A stretch of DNA of 64,000 nt from Chiloscyllium plagiosum. Lineage: Eukaryota. The position numbers were made by a program, and so were the translations under genes. The DNA is taken from contig NC_057720.1 of the NCBI RefSeq assembly GCF_004010195.1, positions 11,363,370-11,427,369 of the forward strand. The letters are read 5' to 3'. Below are positions 50,321 to 63,992 of the stretch, piece by piece (position 1 is the stretch's first letter; each line of letters opens with the position of its first letter). The notes beneath the pieces were generated by a model. The model was not told the DNA's origin. It was given only the letters and a program-made list of their open reading frames with translations, and ran no database searches.

Positions 50321-53300
50321 AAGAACGTAGGACATAGAACATTACAGCACAGTACAGGCCATTTGGCCCTCGATGTTGTGCTGATCTGTGGAACCAATCT
50401 CAAGCCCAACTAACCTACACTATTCCATTCTCATCCATATAGGTAAAAACAATGACTGCAAATACTGGAAACCAGATTCTGGATTAGTAGTGCTGGAAAA
50501 GCACAGCAGTTCAGGCAGCATCCGAGGAGCAGGAAAAATGACGTTTCGGGCAAAAGCCCTTCATCAGGAATACAGGCCAACCTGTCCATCAACCCACAGA
50601 GAAACAAAGAAACTGCCTCTGACATTTGTCCTAAATCTATCAGTCCTCAATTTAAAGCTATGTCCCCTTGTGTTAGACATCGCCCTCCGAGGAAATGGGC
50701 TCACACTGTCCACCCTATCTAACCCTCTGATTATCTTGTATGTCTCAATTAAGTCGCCTCTCAGCCTTGTTCTCTCTAATGAAAACAGCCTCAAGTCCCT
50801 CAGCTTTTTCTCATAAGACCTTCCCTCCATACCAGGCAACATCCTAGTAAATCTCCTCTGAACCCTTTCCAAAGCTTCCACATCATTCCTGTAATACGGT
50901 GACCAGAACTGTATGCCATACTCCAAGTGCGGCTGCACCAGAGTTTTGTACAGCTGCAGCATGATCTCATGGTTCCAAAACTCAATTCCTCCACCAATAA
51001 AAGTGAAACACACCATATGCCTTCTTAACAACTTACCAACTTGGGTGGCAATGTTCAAGGTTCTATGTACCTGGACACCGAGATTTCTCTGCTTATCTGC
51101 TCATCTGCACTATGAAGAATCTTACCATTAGCCCAGTACTCTGCATTCCTGTTACTCCTTCCAAAATGTATCACCTCACACTTTTCCACATTAAGCTCCA
51201 TTTGCCACCTCTCAGCCCAGCTCTGCAGTTTATCTCTGTCTCTCTGTAACCTACAACATCCTTCGTCATAGTCAACAACTCTAACAACCTTAGTGTCATC
51301 TGCAAACTTACTAACCCATTCTTCTATGCCCTCATCTAGGTCATTAACATAAATGACAAACAACAGAGGACCCAAACAGATCATTGCAGTACCCCAATAG
51401 TAACTCAACTTCAGGATGAGTATTTCCTATGAACCACCACCCTCTGTCTTCTTTCAGCTAGCCAATTTCTGATCCAAACCACTAAATCACCCTCAATCCC
51501 ATGCCTCCGTATTTTGTGCAATAGCCTACCGTGAGGAACCTTATCAAACACCTTACTGAAATCCATATATACCACATCAACCGCTTTACCCTCATCCACC
51601 TATTTGGTCACCTTCAAAGAACTCAATAAGGTTTGTGTGGCACAATCAATCCTTCACAAAACAGTGTTGACTATCCCTAATCAAATTATTCCTCTCTAGA
51701 TATTTATAAATCCTATCTCTTATAACCCTTTCCAACACTTTACCCACAACTAAAGTAAGGTTCACTGGCCTATAATTTCCACGGTTGTCTCTACTCCCTT
51801 TCTTGAACAATGGAACAACATTTGCTCTCCTCCAGTCTTCTGACATTATTCCTGTAGACAATGATGACATAACGATCAAAGCCAAAGGCTCAGCAACCAC
51901 CTCCCTGCCTTCGCAGAGAATCCGAGGATAAATCCTATCCAGCCCAGGGGACCTACCGATTTTTATACTTTTCAGAATTGCTAACAACTCCTCCTTGTGC
52001 ACCTCAATCCCATCTAGTCTAGTAGCCTGTACGTCAGTATTCTCCTCGACCACATTGTCTTTTTCCAGTGTGAATACTGACAAAACGTATTCATTTAGGC
52101 TTCTCCTATCTCCTTGGATTCCACACACAACTTCCACTACTGTCCTTGATTGGCTCTAATCTACTCTAGTCATTCTTTAATTCCTGATATAGCTATAGAA
52201 AGCCTTAGGGTTTTCCTTGATCCTATCCGCCAATGACTTCTCATATCCCCTCCTGCTCTTCTTAGCTCTCTCTTTCGGTCTTTCCTGGCTAACTTGTAAC
52301 TCTCAAGTGCCCTAACTGAGCCTCACATCGTATCCTAACATAAGCCTTCTTCTTCCTCTTGACAAGAGATTCAACTTCTTTAGTAACCATGGTTCCCTCA
52401 TTTGACCACTTCCTCCCTGCCTGACAGGCACAACTTTATCAAGGATACGCAGTAGCTGGTCCCCGAATAAGTTCCACATTTCAATTGTGCCCATCCCCTG
52501 CAGTTTCCTTCCCCATCTTATATATCTTAAACCTTGCCTAATCTGCCTTTCCCCCCCAACTATAATTCTTGCCCTGCGGTATATACCCATCTCTTTCCAT
52601 CACTAAAGTAAACATAACCGAATTGTGGTCACTATCACCAAAGTGCTCACCTATCTCCAAATCTAACACCTGGCCATGTTCATTACCCAGTACCAAATCT
52701 AATCTTGTTGGCCTGTTGACATGCTGAGTCAGGAAACCCTCCTGCACACATTGGACAAAAACTGACCATCTGAAGTACTTGAATTGTCATATTCCCAGTC
52801 AATATTTGGAAAGTTGAAGTCCCCCATAACAGCTACCCTGTTACTCTCACTCCTATCGAGGATCATCTTTGCTATCCCTTCCTTAACATCTCTGGAACTT
52901 TTCAGAGGCCTTTACAAAACACCCAACAGGGTGACCTCTCTGTTTCTAACCTCAGCTCACATGTACTTCAGTAGATGAACCCTCATCAAACGTCCTTTCT
53001 GCCACCGTAATACTGTCCTTGAATAACAATGCCACACCTCCCCCTCTTTTACAATTATCTCTGTTCATACTGAAACATCTCAATCCTGGAACCTGCAACA
53101 ACCATTCCTATCCCTGCTCTACTCATGTCTCTGGAATGGCCACAACATCGAAGTTCCAGATAACAACCTATGCTGCAAGTTCACCCACCTTATTCCAGAT
53201 GCTTCTGGCATCGAAGTAGATACACTTCAAACCAACTTCTTGCCTGCCGGTGTCTTCTTGCGATCTTGAAATCTTAATTCTAACTTCATGACTCTCATTC

Positions 53301-53412
53301 TCCCGTATACTTGAACTAAAATTTTGGTTCCTATCCCCTTGCTGAATTAGTTTAAATCCACCTGAAGAGCAAATATACCCCCAGGATATTGGTAACCCTG
53401 TGGCTCAGGGGA
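50321..53412 (-). mobile_element. Nested CR1 ORF2 (APE-RT) with a Penelope tail at 50441-50576
   Basis: GDSDHNSV, NYRPVNLT, YMDFSKVFDKV, KFADDTK; closely related to 1002-4142. Confidence 0.93.
50536..50571 (-). ncRNA. Minimal hammerhead ribozyme-like core
   Basis: CUGAUGA-A-GGGC-UUUU-GCCC-GAAA-CG-UC; helix I not well paired. Confidence 0.6.
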
Positions 53413-55191
53413 AGACTACTTGGGCAGAGAAATGGCAAATGTAATTTAATCCCAGAAAATGCAAGATGACACATTTTGGGAGATCTAATATAGGAGGAAA
53501 GTACAAAGTAAATGGAAGGACCCTTAGTAGCATCAACACGCAGAGGGATCTTGGTATATAGGCCCACAGTTCCCTGAAAGTGTTAACACAAGTGGATAAG
53601 GTGGTTAAGAAGGCAAATGGCCTTCATCAGTTGGGGCATACAGTATAAAAATTAGCAAGAAATTTTGTATTTGTATAGAAATTTAGTTAGGCCACATTTG
53701 GAATATTGTTGGGGTTCTGTTCTGTTCGCCGTTGATTTGTTCATATATCTGGTTGTTGAATGTGAAGTGTGTTGTGAGGCACAAGTCCAGCAGTTTAAGT
53801 ATGCCGTCTTTGTTGATTTTGTATAGAAATTTAGTTAGGCCACATTTGGAATATTGCACACAGTTCCAGTCACCACACTACCAGAAGAATGTGGAGGCTT
53901 TGGAGACAGCATAGGGGAGTTGATGTCCCAATGGCATTATTCATTGATTGTTAATTCAGAGACCCAGATAATGTTCTGGGGGCGCAGGTTCAAAAACTGC
54001 CACAGGAGATGGTGGAATTTGGATTCAATAAAAGTCTAGAATTAAGAAACTAATGGTGACTATGAATCCATTGTTTTGGCATTTAAAACCCATCTGGTTC
54101 ACTCATGTCCTTGAGGGAAGGAAACTGCCATCCTTACCTGGTCTCAGCTACATGTGCCTCCAGATTCTCAGCAATGTGGGTGACACTCAATTCAGGATGG
54201 GCAATAAATCCTGGCCTAGCCAGTGACACCCAGAAAGTTACCTGGTTTTCAGGGTTTTAGCTATGAGGAGTATTTGGATAAACTTGGGTTGTTTTCACTT
54301 GAATGTCAGAGGCTGAGGGGCAACCTGATAGATGTTTATAAAATTACAAGAGGAATGGATAGTCGGAGTCTTTTTCTCAGGGTAGAAATGCCGATTACTA
54401 GGGGACATAGGTTTAAGGCAAAAGTGGGAAAGTTTAAAGGAGCTGTGAGAGGCATGTTTTGTTTTACACAGAGGGTGGCAAAAAACTTGGAAAGCTCTGG
54501 CATGAGGTGGTGGAGGAGGATACAATAGCAATATTTAAGAGGCATCTTGACAGATACATGAATATGCAGGGAATAAGGGGATATGGACTGTGCAGAGGCA
54601 AAAAGGCTTTTGGTTTAGAAAGATGTCATGCGCCGTCTTGATGGGCCAAAGGGCCTGTTCCTGTGCTGTACTGTTCTTTGTTAGCTTTCTGTTTCACATG
54701 TATAGGAAACGCCACCGAATGTAAGGATGCCCAAATTGAATGAGAAATCATTGAAGACTAATGTTGAATGCAACATTATCCCCATTGGAAAACTCTGCAT
54801 TTCATGAGGGATAGAGGCCCAGGAAAAGGTCATTCAGCTCTTTAAACACGTCCCAGTATTTAATGAATTGTGACTGTTTTATGCATCAGTTTCACTTAAC
54901 TTTATATTCCTAAACACTCATATGGAACAAAAAATCAACATTGTAACAACCATGGACGGGAGTGCACTGTCTCTCTTTAGTCCTGCCATTTCACTGGTCA
55001 CAAGATAAATTTAAATGCTTTACTCATTCACCAGGACCAATTATGTACGGTTCAGAACAGAAAGATCAATCAACCAGGATTCTTTAATGAACAGCAAATT
55101 TAATGATTGGGAAACAGGATTACAAAGATGTAAAGCTGGCTAACACCGAGATGTAAATATGAAGGTACGAGTATTCACTGTCAAAAGAATT

Positions 55192-55380
55192 CACACACAG
55201 ACATGTGCGCACGCATACAGGCACATAGACACATACACACACACACACAGAATACATGTGCACACAGACACACACGTACACACAGATACACACACACACA
55301 TGTGCACAGACACACACATGGACACATATGCGCACACAGACACACATGCACACATAGGCACACATGTGCACACACACGCA
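55192..55380. repeat. Degenerate (CA)n microsatellite
   Basis: CACACACAGACATGTGCGCAC... purine/pyrimidine alternation. Confidence 0.95.
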
Positions 55381-55999
55381 TACTAATTAAAAATAAAAAT
55401 GTTCTCTGCAGAGATTAAGTTTGAGAAAAAAAACTTTGGCTGACAATGAGGCAAAAAGGACAGGGACTGAAATGGTCCACTTGGCTTTCAGTTAATGTCC
55501 TGGCCAATATAGATTGTGTCACTCAACACAGGCAACTATCACTAGGATCTTCAAAGATACAATTCATTCAGGAACCATCAAGAAGAACTCTTTCAGAAGC
55601 TTTTCCGGAAAATGACTGGATCAGTCTTTCAGTTCCCACACTTGGACATTCAAAAGAGATTTCCCAGAAAGGTAAAGAATGAGTTGGGCATTCCCACTCT
55701 TTTAGCAGACTGTATCCCAACTGAATTCCCAACACTATTAAAGTAGCCACAGCCTTTGACCAACACACCCATTATGCTTTGCGTTTGCTCAGACAAGTAG
55801 TTGCTCCAAGTTTCTTGTGCACAGGCCAGTGATCAGCATAGTGATTGCAGGCATTGACTTCCAGTCACTGCCACCCTGCACATTGGAGACCAATGCAACC
55901 ATAAAGCAGGAGCACTGATCATCTTAGCCACAAACATAGACATATGACTTCCAGTAAATCCAGCAGCTGTCAACTTTGGCCACTTAGTTAGATTAAACC

Positions 56000-57725
56000 A
56001 CATAGAGTCATAGAGATGCACAGCATGGAAACAGAACTTTTAGTCAACTCGTCCATGCTGACGAGATATCCTAAATTAATCTAATCCCATTTGCCAGCAC
56101 TGAGCCCATATCCCTCTGAACCCTTCCTATTCATATACCCATCCAGATGTCTCTTAAATGCTGTAATTGTACCAGCCTCCACCACTTCTCTGGCAGCTCA
56201 TTCCATTTGTGCACCACTCTCTGTGTGAAAAGTTACCCCATATTCTCCTTCAAAGTCTTCCCCTCTCACCTTAAACCTATGCCCTTCAGTTTTGGACCTC
56301 CCCACCCCAAGACCTTGAGTATGCACCCTGTCCATGTTCTTCATGATTTTATAAACCTCGATAAGGGCACCCATCAGCCCCTGAAACTCCAGGGAAAACA
56401 ACCCCAGGCTATTCAGCTGTTCCCGATAGCTCAAGCCCTCCAACCCTGGCAACATCCTCGTAGATCTTTTCTGAACGCTTTCAGGTTTCACAACATCCTT
56501 CCTATAGCAGGGAGACCAGAATTGCACACAATATTCCAAAAGTGGCCTAAACAATGCTCTGTATAGCCACAACATGACCTCCCAACTCCTGTACTCAATG
56601 CGCTGACCAATAAAGGAACGCATATCAAACGCCTTCTTCACTATCCTATCTATCTGCGACTCCACTTTCAAGGAGCTATGAACCTACACTCCAAGGTCTC
56701 TTTGGTTAACAACACCCCCCTGGACCTTATCACTAAGTGTATAAGTCCTGTCCTAATTTGCCTTTCCAAAATGCAACATCTCACATTTATCTAAATTAAA
56801 CTCTTGTCTGCCACTCCTCGGCCCATCGGCCCATCTAATCAAGATTCCACTGTACTCTGAGACAATCTTCTTCACTGTCCAATACAAGACCATTTTTTAT
56901 GTCATTTGCAAACTTACTAATTATACCTCCCTAAATGCACATTAAAATCATTTATATCAATGATAAAAAAAACAGTGGACCTGGCACTGATCTTTGTGGC
57001 ACGCCACTGGTCACAAGCCTCCATTCTGAAAAACAATCTTCCACCCCTCCACCCTGCATCCAAATGGCTAGTTCTCCCTGTATTCCATGAGATCTAACCT
57101 TGCTAATCAGTCTACCATGCAGAACCCTATGGAACACCTTACTGAAGTCCATATCAATCATGTCCACTGCTCATAAAACTCTTATCAAGTTAGTGAGACG
57201 TGATTTCCCATACTCAAAGCCATGTTGACTATCCCTAATCCATCCTTGCCTTTACAAAGCATGCAAATCCCGTCCCTCAGGATTCTCTCCAACAACCCAC
57301 TTGTTCCTGACATTGGGCTCACCGATCTATAGTTTCCTGTCTTTTCCTTACCACCTTTCTTAAATAATGACACCATGTTAGCCAACCTCCAGTATTTCAG
57401 CACATCACCTGTGGCTATTATTGATACAAATATCTCAGCAAGGGGCCCAGCAATCACTTCCCAATTTCCCACAGAGTTCAAGAGTACACCCGGTCTGGGC
57501 CTGGGAATGTATCCATCTTTACGCATTTTAAGACATTCAGCACCTCCTCCTCTATTGTATGGGTACGTTTCAGGATATCACTATTTCTCTAAGTTCTCCA
57601 GCTTCCAAACCCTTCTCCAGATTAAATACTGACGTGAAATACTCATTTGGTATCTCACTCTTCTCCTGTAGTTCCACACGTGGATGCCCATGTTGATCTT
57701 TCAGGGACCCTATTCTCTCTTCACA
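56000..57725 (-). mobile_element. CR1 ORF2 3' portion, degraded
   Basis: MDFSKVFHRV, GVPQRSVPGP, LEYCVQFWSP; CATAGAGT tail. Confidence 0.9.
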
Positions 57726-58701
57726 TGATTGCCAATAAGTGATTTCAGAGAAAAAGTATGGTTTTTCAATGTTGAGAAAAACAGGTATCAAGTCAGCACT
57801 CCAAATGAGTCACTAACTGCCCTGCATTAAACTCAAATTTTCAAGAACTAACATAATGAGGTGTTCTCAAATCACTCCTTTGGGGTAGACTTTCAGATTT
57901 CCATCACTTTCTATATAAAGGCTCAACTGGCTGAACTCTAATCCTCACATTAATCCAAGCTGCTCTGAGGTGCCCCAGCAGGAAATGGCTATCATATCAA
58001 ATCCGCAAATTATCCTAAACATGAAAATTATATCATCTCTTTATCATTGACTCATGTAAACACAAGTCCAGACCAATTAAGCTCAGCCAGGGGCTGAAAT
58101 GAAACCTGAGGGACAACAGAAGGAATGGAGGTGGACTGCAGAGGTTGTATGCAAACTATGTAGAGCAAGGAGCACACTCACCTCACGGTCATGGAGTTAT
58201 TTTAACAACCTGCTCAGGCAGAGTGACATATCCTCAGGGCAGGTGGAATTTTGACCTTGACCTTGAGAAGTTCTATAAGGCCTTAGGCCATAACAGCAGC
58301 GGTAGGCCATTTGGTCTGCTCCGCCATTCTTTCTTCCACGTCCATTCAAGGCATGAGGGCATCATTGGCTGGGTCAGCATTTATTACCCTTCCCTCATTG
58401 CCCAGAGGGCAGGGAAGAGTCAACCACACTACCGTGGGTCTGGAGTCACATGGCGGCCAGACCAGGTAAGGGTAACAGTTTCCGACATGGTCATCATTAG
58501 ACTATTAATTCCAGAATTTTATTGAATTCAAATTCGACCATCTGCCATGGTTCTTCTCCAGAGCATTACCTGGGTCTCTGGGTTAATAGTCCAGCAATAA
58601 TATCACAGGGTCACTGCCTCTCTCATTCAGTATAGTGATGAATGGTCTGATAAATTTCTAGTTCAGAAGTACAACATTAACCTTGGGCTTGGGATTATCA
58701 G

Positions 58702-59384
58702 TCCAGTGACCTTACTATTATATCACCATCTCCCCTTCAAATGGTAATGTAGGTGAGATACAAACATACAGAGAAAGGCCAGCTAACCCATCAAGAAGAA
58801 CTCTAACAATGGTGTCCTAAGCTTCATAACTCCACACTTCCTAACCACATCTCACCAACCCAGCCTACCTACTCATGTCAGGGGATGAACTACCCTCACT
58901 CCGTTTCTTTCCCAGAGGTCAGGACCCTTTATCACAAACAGTGATGAGCTTCCCAGTTGCTCTTCACCAGGGTCAACCAATTCAGAACCACTTTTGGGTT
59001 TCCTCACATTTTCTCTACGATTTCCCTCACACTGTCTCTGAATCCATCTAATCCATGGGACCTCACCCTTCTGTTGGAGTCACAGAATCCCTGTATTGTG
59101 GAAGCAGGCCATTCAGCTCATTGGATTCACACCAACTCTCACCCAGACCCACCCCTACCCTATCCCTGTAGCCCTGTATTTCCTAAGTGAGGGAAATTCA
59201 GCCCCTGACAGCTGTAGGTAGATTGGTTTGGGGGGATGTGGTTAGGAAGTGTAGAGTTATGATGCTTCAGGTATCAGTATTAGAGTTCACCTTGACAGGG
59301 CAGCTGGCCTTTCTCTGTTTGTTTGTATCTCACCCAAATTACCATTCAAAGGGGAGATGGTGATATAATGGTAGGGTCACTGGA
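58702..59384. repeat. Long inverted repeat: arms 58702-58900 and 59186-59384
   Basis: About 199-bp arms are reverse complements (roughly 80% by eye), 285-bp spacer. Confidence 0.92.
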
Positions 59385-59709
59385 TATGTGTCTTTTAAAA
59401 AGCAATCCCAAAGATGCTCTTCCACTTCCACTCTACTTTCTGTGATGGATCCTCCCATTTCAGCTTCTGCTTGTAAGCTGGGAGGAAGGAACACAACACT
59501 GAGATCTGATTCTTCAGAGAGCAGTCAGGATATAGAGCAATAGGCATCTTTGATGGTTGTGTGGCAGTGATCCAAGATATTCGGTGCTCTGATGGAGCAG
59601 GAGACGTGTTGGTGATATTTTGGTAGCAACCTCTTGAGGTTGGCCCGGTTGAAGCCGCTGGTCATGTTAAGTAAGGCCTCTGGGAATTTTGTCTCTGAGA
59701 ATTTATAGC

Positions 59710-61040
59710 AGTGATCTCAATGTTCTCAGTCCCCTACTGTACTCCCTGCACACCTACGGCTGCGCCACAAAATTCCATACAAATGCCAGCTACCAGTTCA
59801 CTGACATCATCACCACGGTAGGACGGACATCAAACAATGGTGAATCAGAATTCAGGAAGGAAATAAAGTGGTTGGTGTTGTGATGAGAACAATCTCTCTC
59901 TCAGTGTCAACTAATTAGATTAGATTCCCTACAGTATAGACTCTGGCCCTTCGGCCCAACAAGTCCACACCGACCCTCCAAAGAGCAACACACCCAACCT
60001 TATATTTACCCCTGCCTAATGCACCTAACACTACAGACAATTTAGCATGGCCAATTCACCTGATGTGCACATCTTTGGATTGTGGGAGGAAGCTGGAGCA
60101 CCCAGAGGAAACCCACGCAGACACGAGGAGAATGTGCAAACTCCACACAGACAGTCGCCCGAGGCTGGAATCGAACCCGATCAAAGCCACACATTCTCCC
60201 TGGTGCTATGAGGCAGCAGTGCTAACCACTGAGTCACCGTGCCACCCGTTCTACAGATGCACCATAGAAAGCATTCTATCCAGGTGCATAACGGCTTGGT
60301 ACAGCATCTGGCAGGAGCACTCTTCTGTTAGTATTATAGTATCCCTATATTGTGGAAGTAGGCCATTCAACCCCTTGAGTTCACACAGACATTGCAGGAC
60401 CATAAGATATTAGAGAGTTGTGTGCACAGCCCAGACCATCACAGAAGCCAACCTCCCATCCATGGACTCCATTTACACTTTTTGTTGCCATGGAAAGGCT
60501 GCTGACATCATCAAAGACCCCTCCCACCCCGGTAATGCACTCCTACAACCTCTTCCATCAGGCAGAAGATACAGAAGCTTGAACACACGCACCAACAGGT
60601 TCAAGAACAGCGTCTTCCCTGATGTTATTAGACTGTTGAATGGATCTCTCTAACTTCCAATAAAGCTAATGTTGTGCACCATTGTGCACCTCCTGTGCAG
60701 TTGTAAACTTGTATACCTTGCTCTGTGTAAGCACCCTATGATCTGTATGTCCTTGTTTGCTATGATATGGAGGTAACGGTGTTGGACTGGAGTGGGCCAA
60801 GTTAAATTCACACAACATCATGTTACAGTCCAACAGGTTTATTCGGAAGCAGTAGCTTTTGGAGTGCTGAACTTCATCAGGTAGCTGTGTGAAGGAGCAG
60901 CACTCCAAAAGTTACTGCTTCTGAATAAACCTGTTGGACTATAGCCTGGTGTTGTGTGATTTTTAACTTGTTTGTTATAATCTGCCTGTACTGCTCGCAA
61001 AACAAAACTTTTCATTGTACTTAGGTACATGTGACTACAA
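59710..61040 (+). mobile_element. Rex1/Babar LINE 3' part with nested HE1 SINE (-, about 59913-60247) and a Penelope palindrome (60770-60968)
   Basis: VLSPLLYSLHT, FYRCTIESILS.CITAWY, IIKDPSHPG...LPSGRRYRS...RFKNS; AATAAATCAAATCAAATC tail. Confidence 0.88.
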
Positions 61041-61044
61041 TAAA

Positions 61045-61470
61045 TCAAATCAAATCAAACTGCCATTACTAACCCCTCCTTAACAAAAAAACCCTTGATG
61101 CCTCAGTCTTTGCAAGCTGTCTTCCCATCTTCAACCTCTCCTTCCTCTCCAAGGTCCATAAGCAAGCTGTTACCTCTCAAATCTAACCTCCGTGCAACTC
61201 TGCACTTGATTCCCTTTAGTCAGGTTTCTGGAAATTTTGCAACACCGATAATGCTCTGATCAAAGCCACACATTCTCTGTGACTGTGACGAAAGTAAAGT
61301 TTCTCTCATCCTCATTCTCCTTCTCTCTGCAAAGTTGGCAACCCATCACCCTCCCCCAATACTCCCCTCCACACTCATCCAGCCATGTGGCGTCACCTCC
61401 CCGGTTCCATTTTAATCCAGTCAAAGTAGCACTTATAATCACTTCTCTTCCAGATCATATACTGCCTTCA
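61045..61470 (+). mobile_element. Ancient L2 RT fragment
   Basis: Degenerate match to PLLKK..LD...PI.NL.FLSKV and QSGF...ALIK. Confidence 0.6.
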
Positions 61471-61690
61471 CTGTCACTAGACTATGTTAGAAACCCAGGG
61501 AATGTCTTGGGGTAACCTGTTAAATCTCACCATGGCAAGTAGTAGAATTTGAATTCAATAAGCAAAATTCATCTGGCATTAAGAATCTAATGATGACCAT
61601 TGTGAAGTGTTGTGAATACCAGTCTGGTTCATTAATGTCCCTGAGAGAAGGAAATCTGCTGTTTTTACCTGATCTGGCCTACATGTGACT

Positions 61691-61759
61691 GAATTGCTGT
61701 GCTCTTCCAGCACCACTGATCCAGAATCTGGTTTCCAGCATCTGCAGTCATTTTTTTAT
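61691..61759 (+). mobile_element. 69-bp Penelope tail inside a SINE
   Basis: TSD CTACATGTGACT at 61679-61690 and 61760-61771. Confidence 0.8.
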
Positions 61760-62066
61760 CTACATGTGACTCTAGTCTCACGGCAATGTGATTAACTCTT
61801 AACTGCCCTCAGAGCAATTAGGGCAATAAATGCTGGCCCAACCAGTGATCTCATGAATGAAGTTTTTAAAAATCTGCCCTAAAATCATCTTAAGTAGCTC
61901 TAGGGCATGCATTATTTTGTGATGCGCCTTAGAACATTATAGGTGCCATATAAATACATGTTGTTGTTCAATCCACAACCTTCTGAGGTGACAATGCTGG
62001 AACATGGAACTCAGCGACAAAATTCAGAGTCCAGGGTGGAATTCAGAGACACAATCTCCTGTGAAA

Positions 62067-62258
62067 AAGTGAGGATTGCAGATGCTGGAGATCAGAGTCA
62101 AAACGTGTGATGCTGGAAAAGCACAGCCGGTCAGGCAGCATCTGAGGAGCAGGAGAATCAACGTTTTGAGCAGAAGCTCCTCATCAGGAATGTTCATCAT
62201 GCCCGAAACATTGACTCTCCTGCTCCTCGGATGCTGCCTAACCAGCTTGCTTTTCCAG
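62067..62258. mobile_element. Palindromic Penelope-derived mini-element
   Basis: Perfect 15-bp TSD CAATCTCCTGTGAAA at 62052-62066 and 62259-62273; inverted arms. Confidence 0.88.
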
Positions 62259-62759
62259 CAATCTCCTGTGAAAGGTGAGAGAGACCATTGCAAGTTGGGT
62301 GGAGCGGCTTGAGAGGTGAGGTCCAGCAGGGATATCTCACAGCTCGACTCAGAGGAAACAGACCACGTGGTCTGCTGAGCAGAATCTAATGTCTGACAGC
62401 TTGGAGCACCATCAGCCTTTTTGTATTCATCTCTCATTCTGCTTTACATGACATTACAAGCTTCACTGCTGATGGCATTTGTGACTAACATACAAAATAC
62501 TTTAATTCAACGTATTGTGTTAAATAGCACAGTGAAATCAATTAGTGATGTTAAGATAAATACTGTCTCTGAGTTCTACAAGGCATTTTAATATTTTTCT
62601 AGAAGCTGCTTCCTATGATCTGTAAGAGACGTTCCTGAATTTAACACAATGGTGATTAGATATCATACATTTTTATATGGTTTGAGACTAACCTTGGGCA
62701 ATATTGCTGCCTCAGCCACGGTTTAGTCTTGATGTCAAATCGTTCTGCATTTACCAGGA

Positions 62760-63030
62760 TTTGAACAGCACTGAGACAGTCATGGCGTCCTGTCTGCTCT
62801 CTCAGACAGCAGTAAAAGATCTCTTGACTTGAGCTTGAAACATTGCTTTATCCCTGCCATATCCTGGCCAATGTTTATCTCCCCAACGACTTCACTAAAT
62901 CAATAACCTGATCATTACCACATTGCTGGAGATGGGAGCTGTTGAGAGGAGTGTGCCCATGAACTGTTGAAATGCAACTTCACTAGCCCATCAAGCAGTG
63001 GGAATATCCTGAGATGGACTTGTAGACTCC
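62760..63030 (+). mobile_element. DeuSINE (SacSINE1-like) remnant
   Basis: CTGTCTGCTCTCTCAG...GTAAAAGATC...TCCTGGCCAATGTTTATC...TCATTACCACATTGCTG. Confidence 0.7.
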
Positions 63031-63034
63031 ACAC

Positions 63035-63317
63035 AGTTCTGAAAGAAGCCATTCAGTCTGCACCATCCCTCCAAAAAGCATCCCACTCAGAGCCCCTGTT
63101 TACCATGGCTAACTCACCTAGCCTGCACACTACAGGGTAATTTGCCATGGCCAATCCACCTAACCTGCACACATTTGGACTATGGGAGAAAACTAGAGCA
63201 CCCAGAGGAAACCCAAACAGACATGGGGAGAATGTGCAAACTCCACACAGACAGTCACCCAAGTGGTTCCTGAGACTGTGAGGTAGCAGTGCTAACCACT
63301 GAGCCACTGCACCACCC
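63035..63317 (-). mobile_element. HE1/V-SINE
   Basis: Reverse head GGGTGGTGCAGTGGCTCAGTGGTTAGCACTGC. Confidence 0.88.
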
Positions 63318-63364
63318 ATGCTGGGCATGAAGGCTTTTAGGAAACCTTTTTCCTTCCTTTTCAG

Positions 63365-63680
63365 CAGATTGCAGATTCATGCCCCACACCAAAGGCTTGA
63401 ACTCAAAAATCTAGGTTTATCCCCAGTGCAGTACTGAGTGGGTACTGCATTGCTGTGAATGCTGTCATTCAAATGAAACACGCATCCAAGACTCCATCTG
63501 CTCTCTCAGTCTCATGTAGACAATCAATTGTCACTATTTCAAAGAAAGGCAAGAGAATCGTCCTCAATGCCATGGTCTATGATATAACCCTCAAGCAGAG
63601 CCTCAAATATAGGTTATTAATGCATTTGCAGCTTAAGGAACTTTCTATGTACAAATTGACTGCTGTGCTTCCTACCTGAC
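63365..63680 (+). mobile_element. DeuSINE (SacSINE1-like) remnant
   Basis: CCAGTGCAGTACTGAG...CACTATTTCAAAGAA...ACAAATTGACTGCTG. Confidence 0.7.
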
Positions 63681-63684
63681 AGAA

Positions 63685-63992
63685 ATCAAAAACTAGAGGG
63701 CATCAGTTTAAGGTTGGGGGGGGAAAGAATAAATGGGAACCTGAGGGGCAACTTTTTTATACAAAGAGTGGTATGCATGTGGAATGAGCTGCCAGCAGAA
63801 GGGGTTGAGGTGGGTACATTAACAACATTTAAAAGACATTTGGACAAATACATGGATAGGAAAGGTTCAGGAAGATATGCACCAAGTGCAGGGAAATGGA
63901 GTTAGCGTGGATGGATATTTTGGTCGGCACGGACCAGTTTGAGCCAAAGGACCTGTCTCCAGGCTGTTGGACTCTATGACTCTGTGACTCTA
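63685..63992 (+). mobile_element. CR1 3' fragment
   Basis: NFFIQRVVCMWNELP...TFKRHLDKYM; CTATGACT tail. Confidence 0.9.

Larger units (their letters stand above)
49950..54680 (+). mobile_element. Older plus-strand CR1 split by insertions (49950-50320, 53418-53910, 54235-54680)
   Basis: Collinear RT pieces; GGCTGGAGACTT resumes as ACTTGGGCAGAGAAATGG. Confidence 0.8.

Noticed and set aside
55120..55418. Cys/Val- and His/Thr-rich ORFs resembling metal-binding proteins
   Set aside because: Translation of a (CA)n microsatellite
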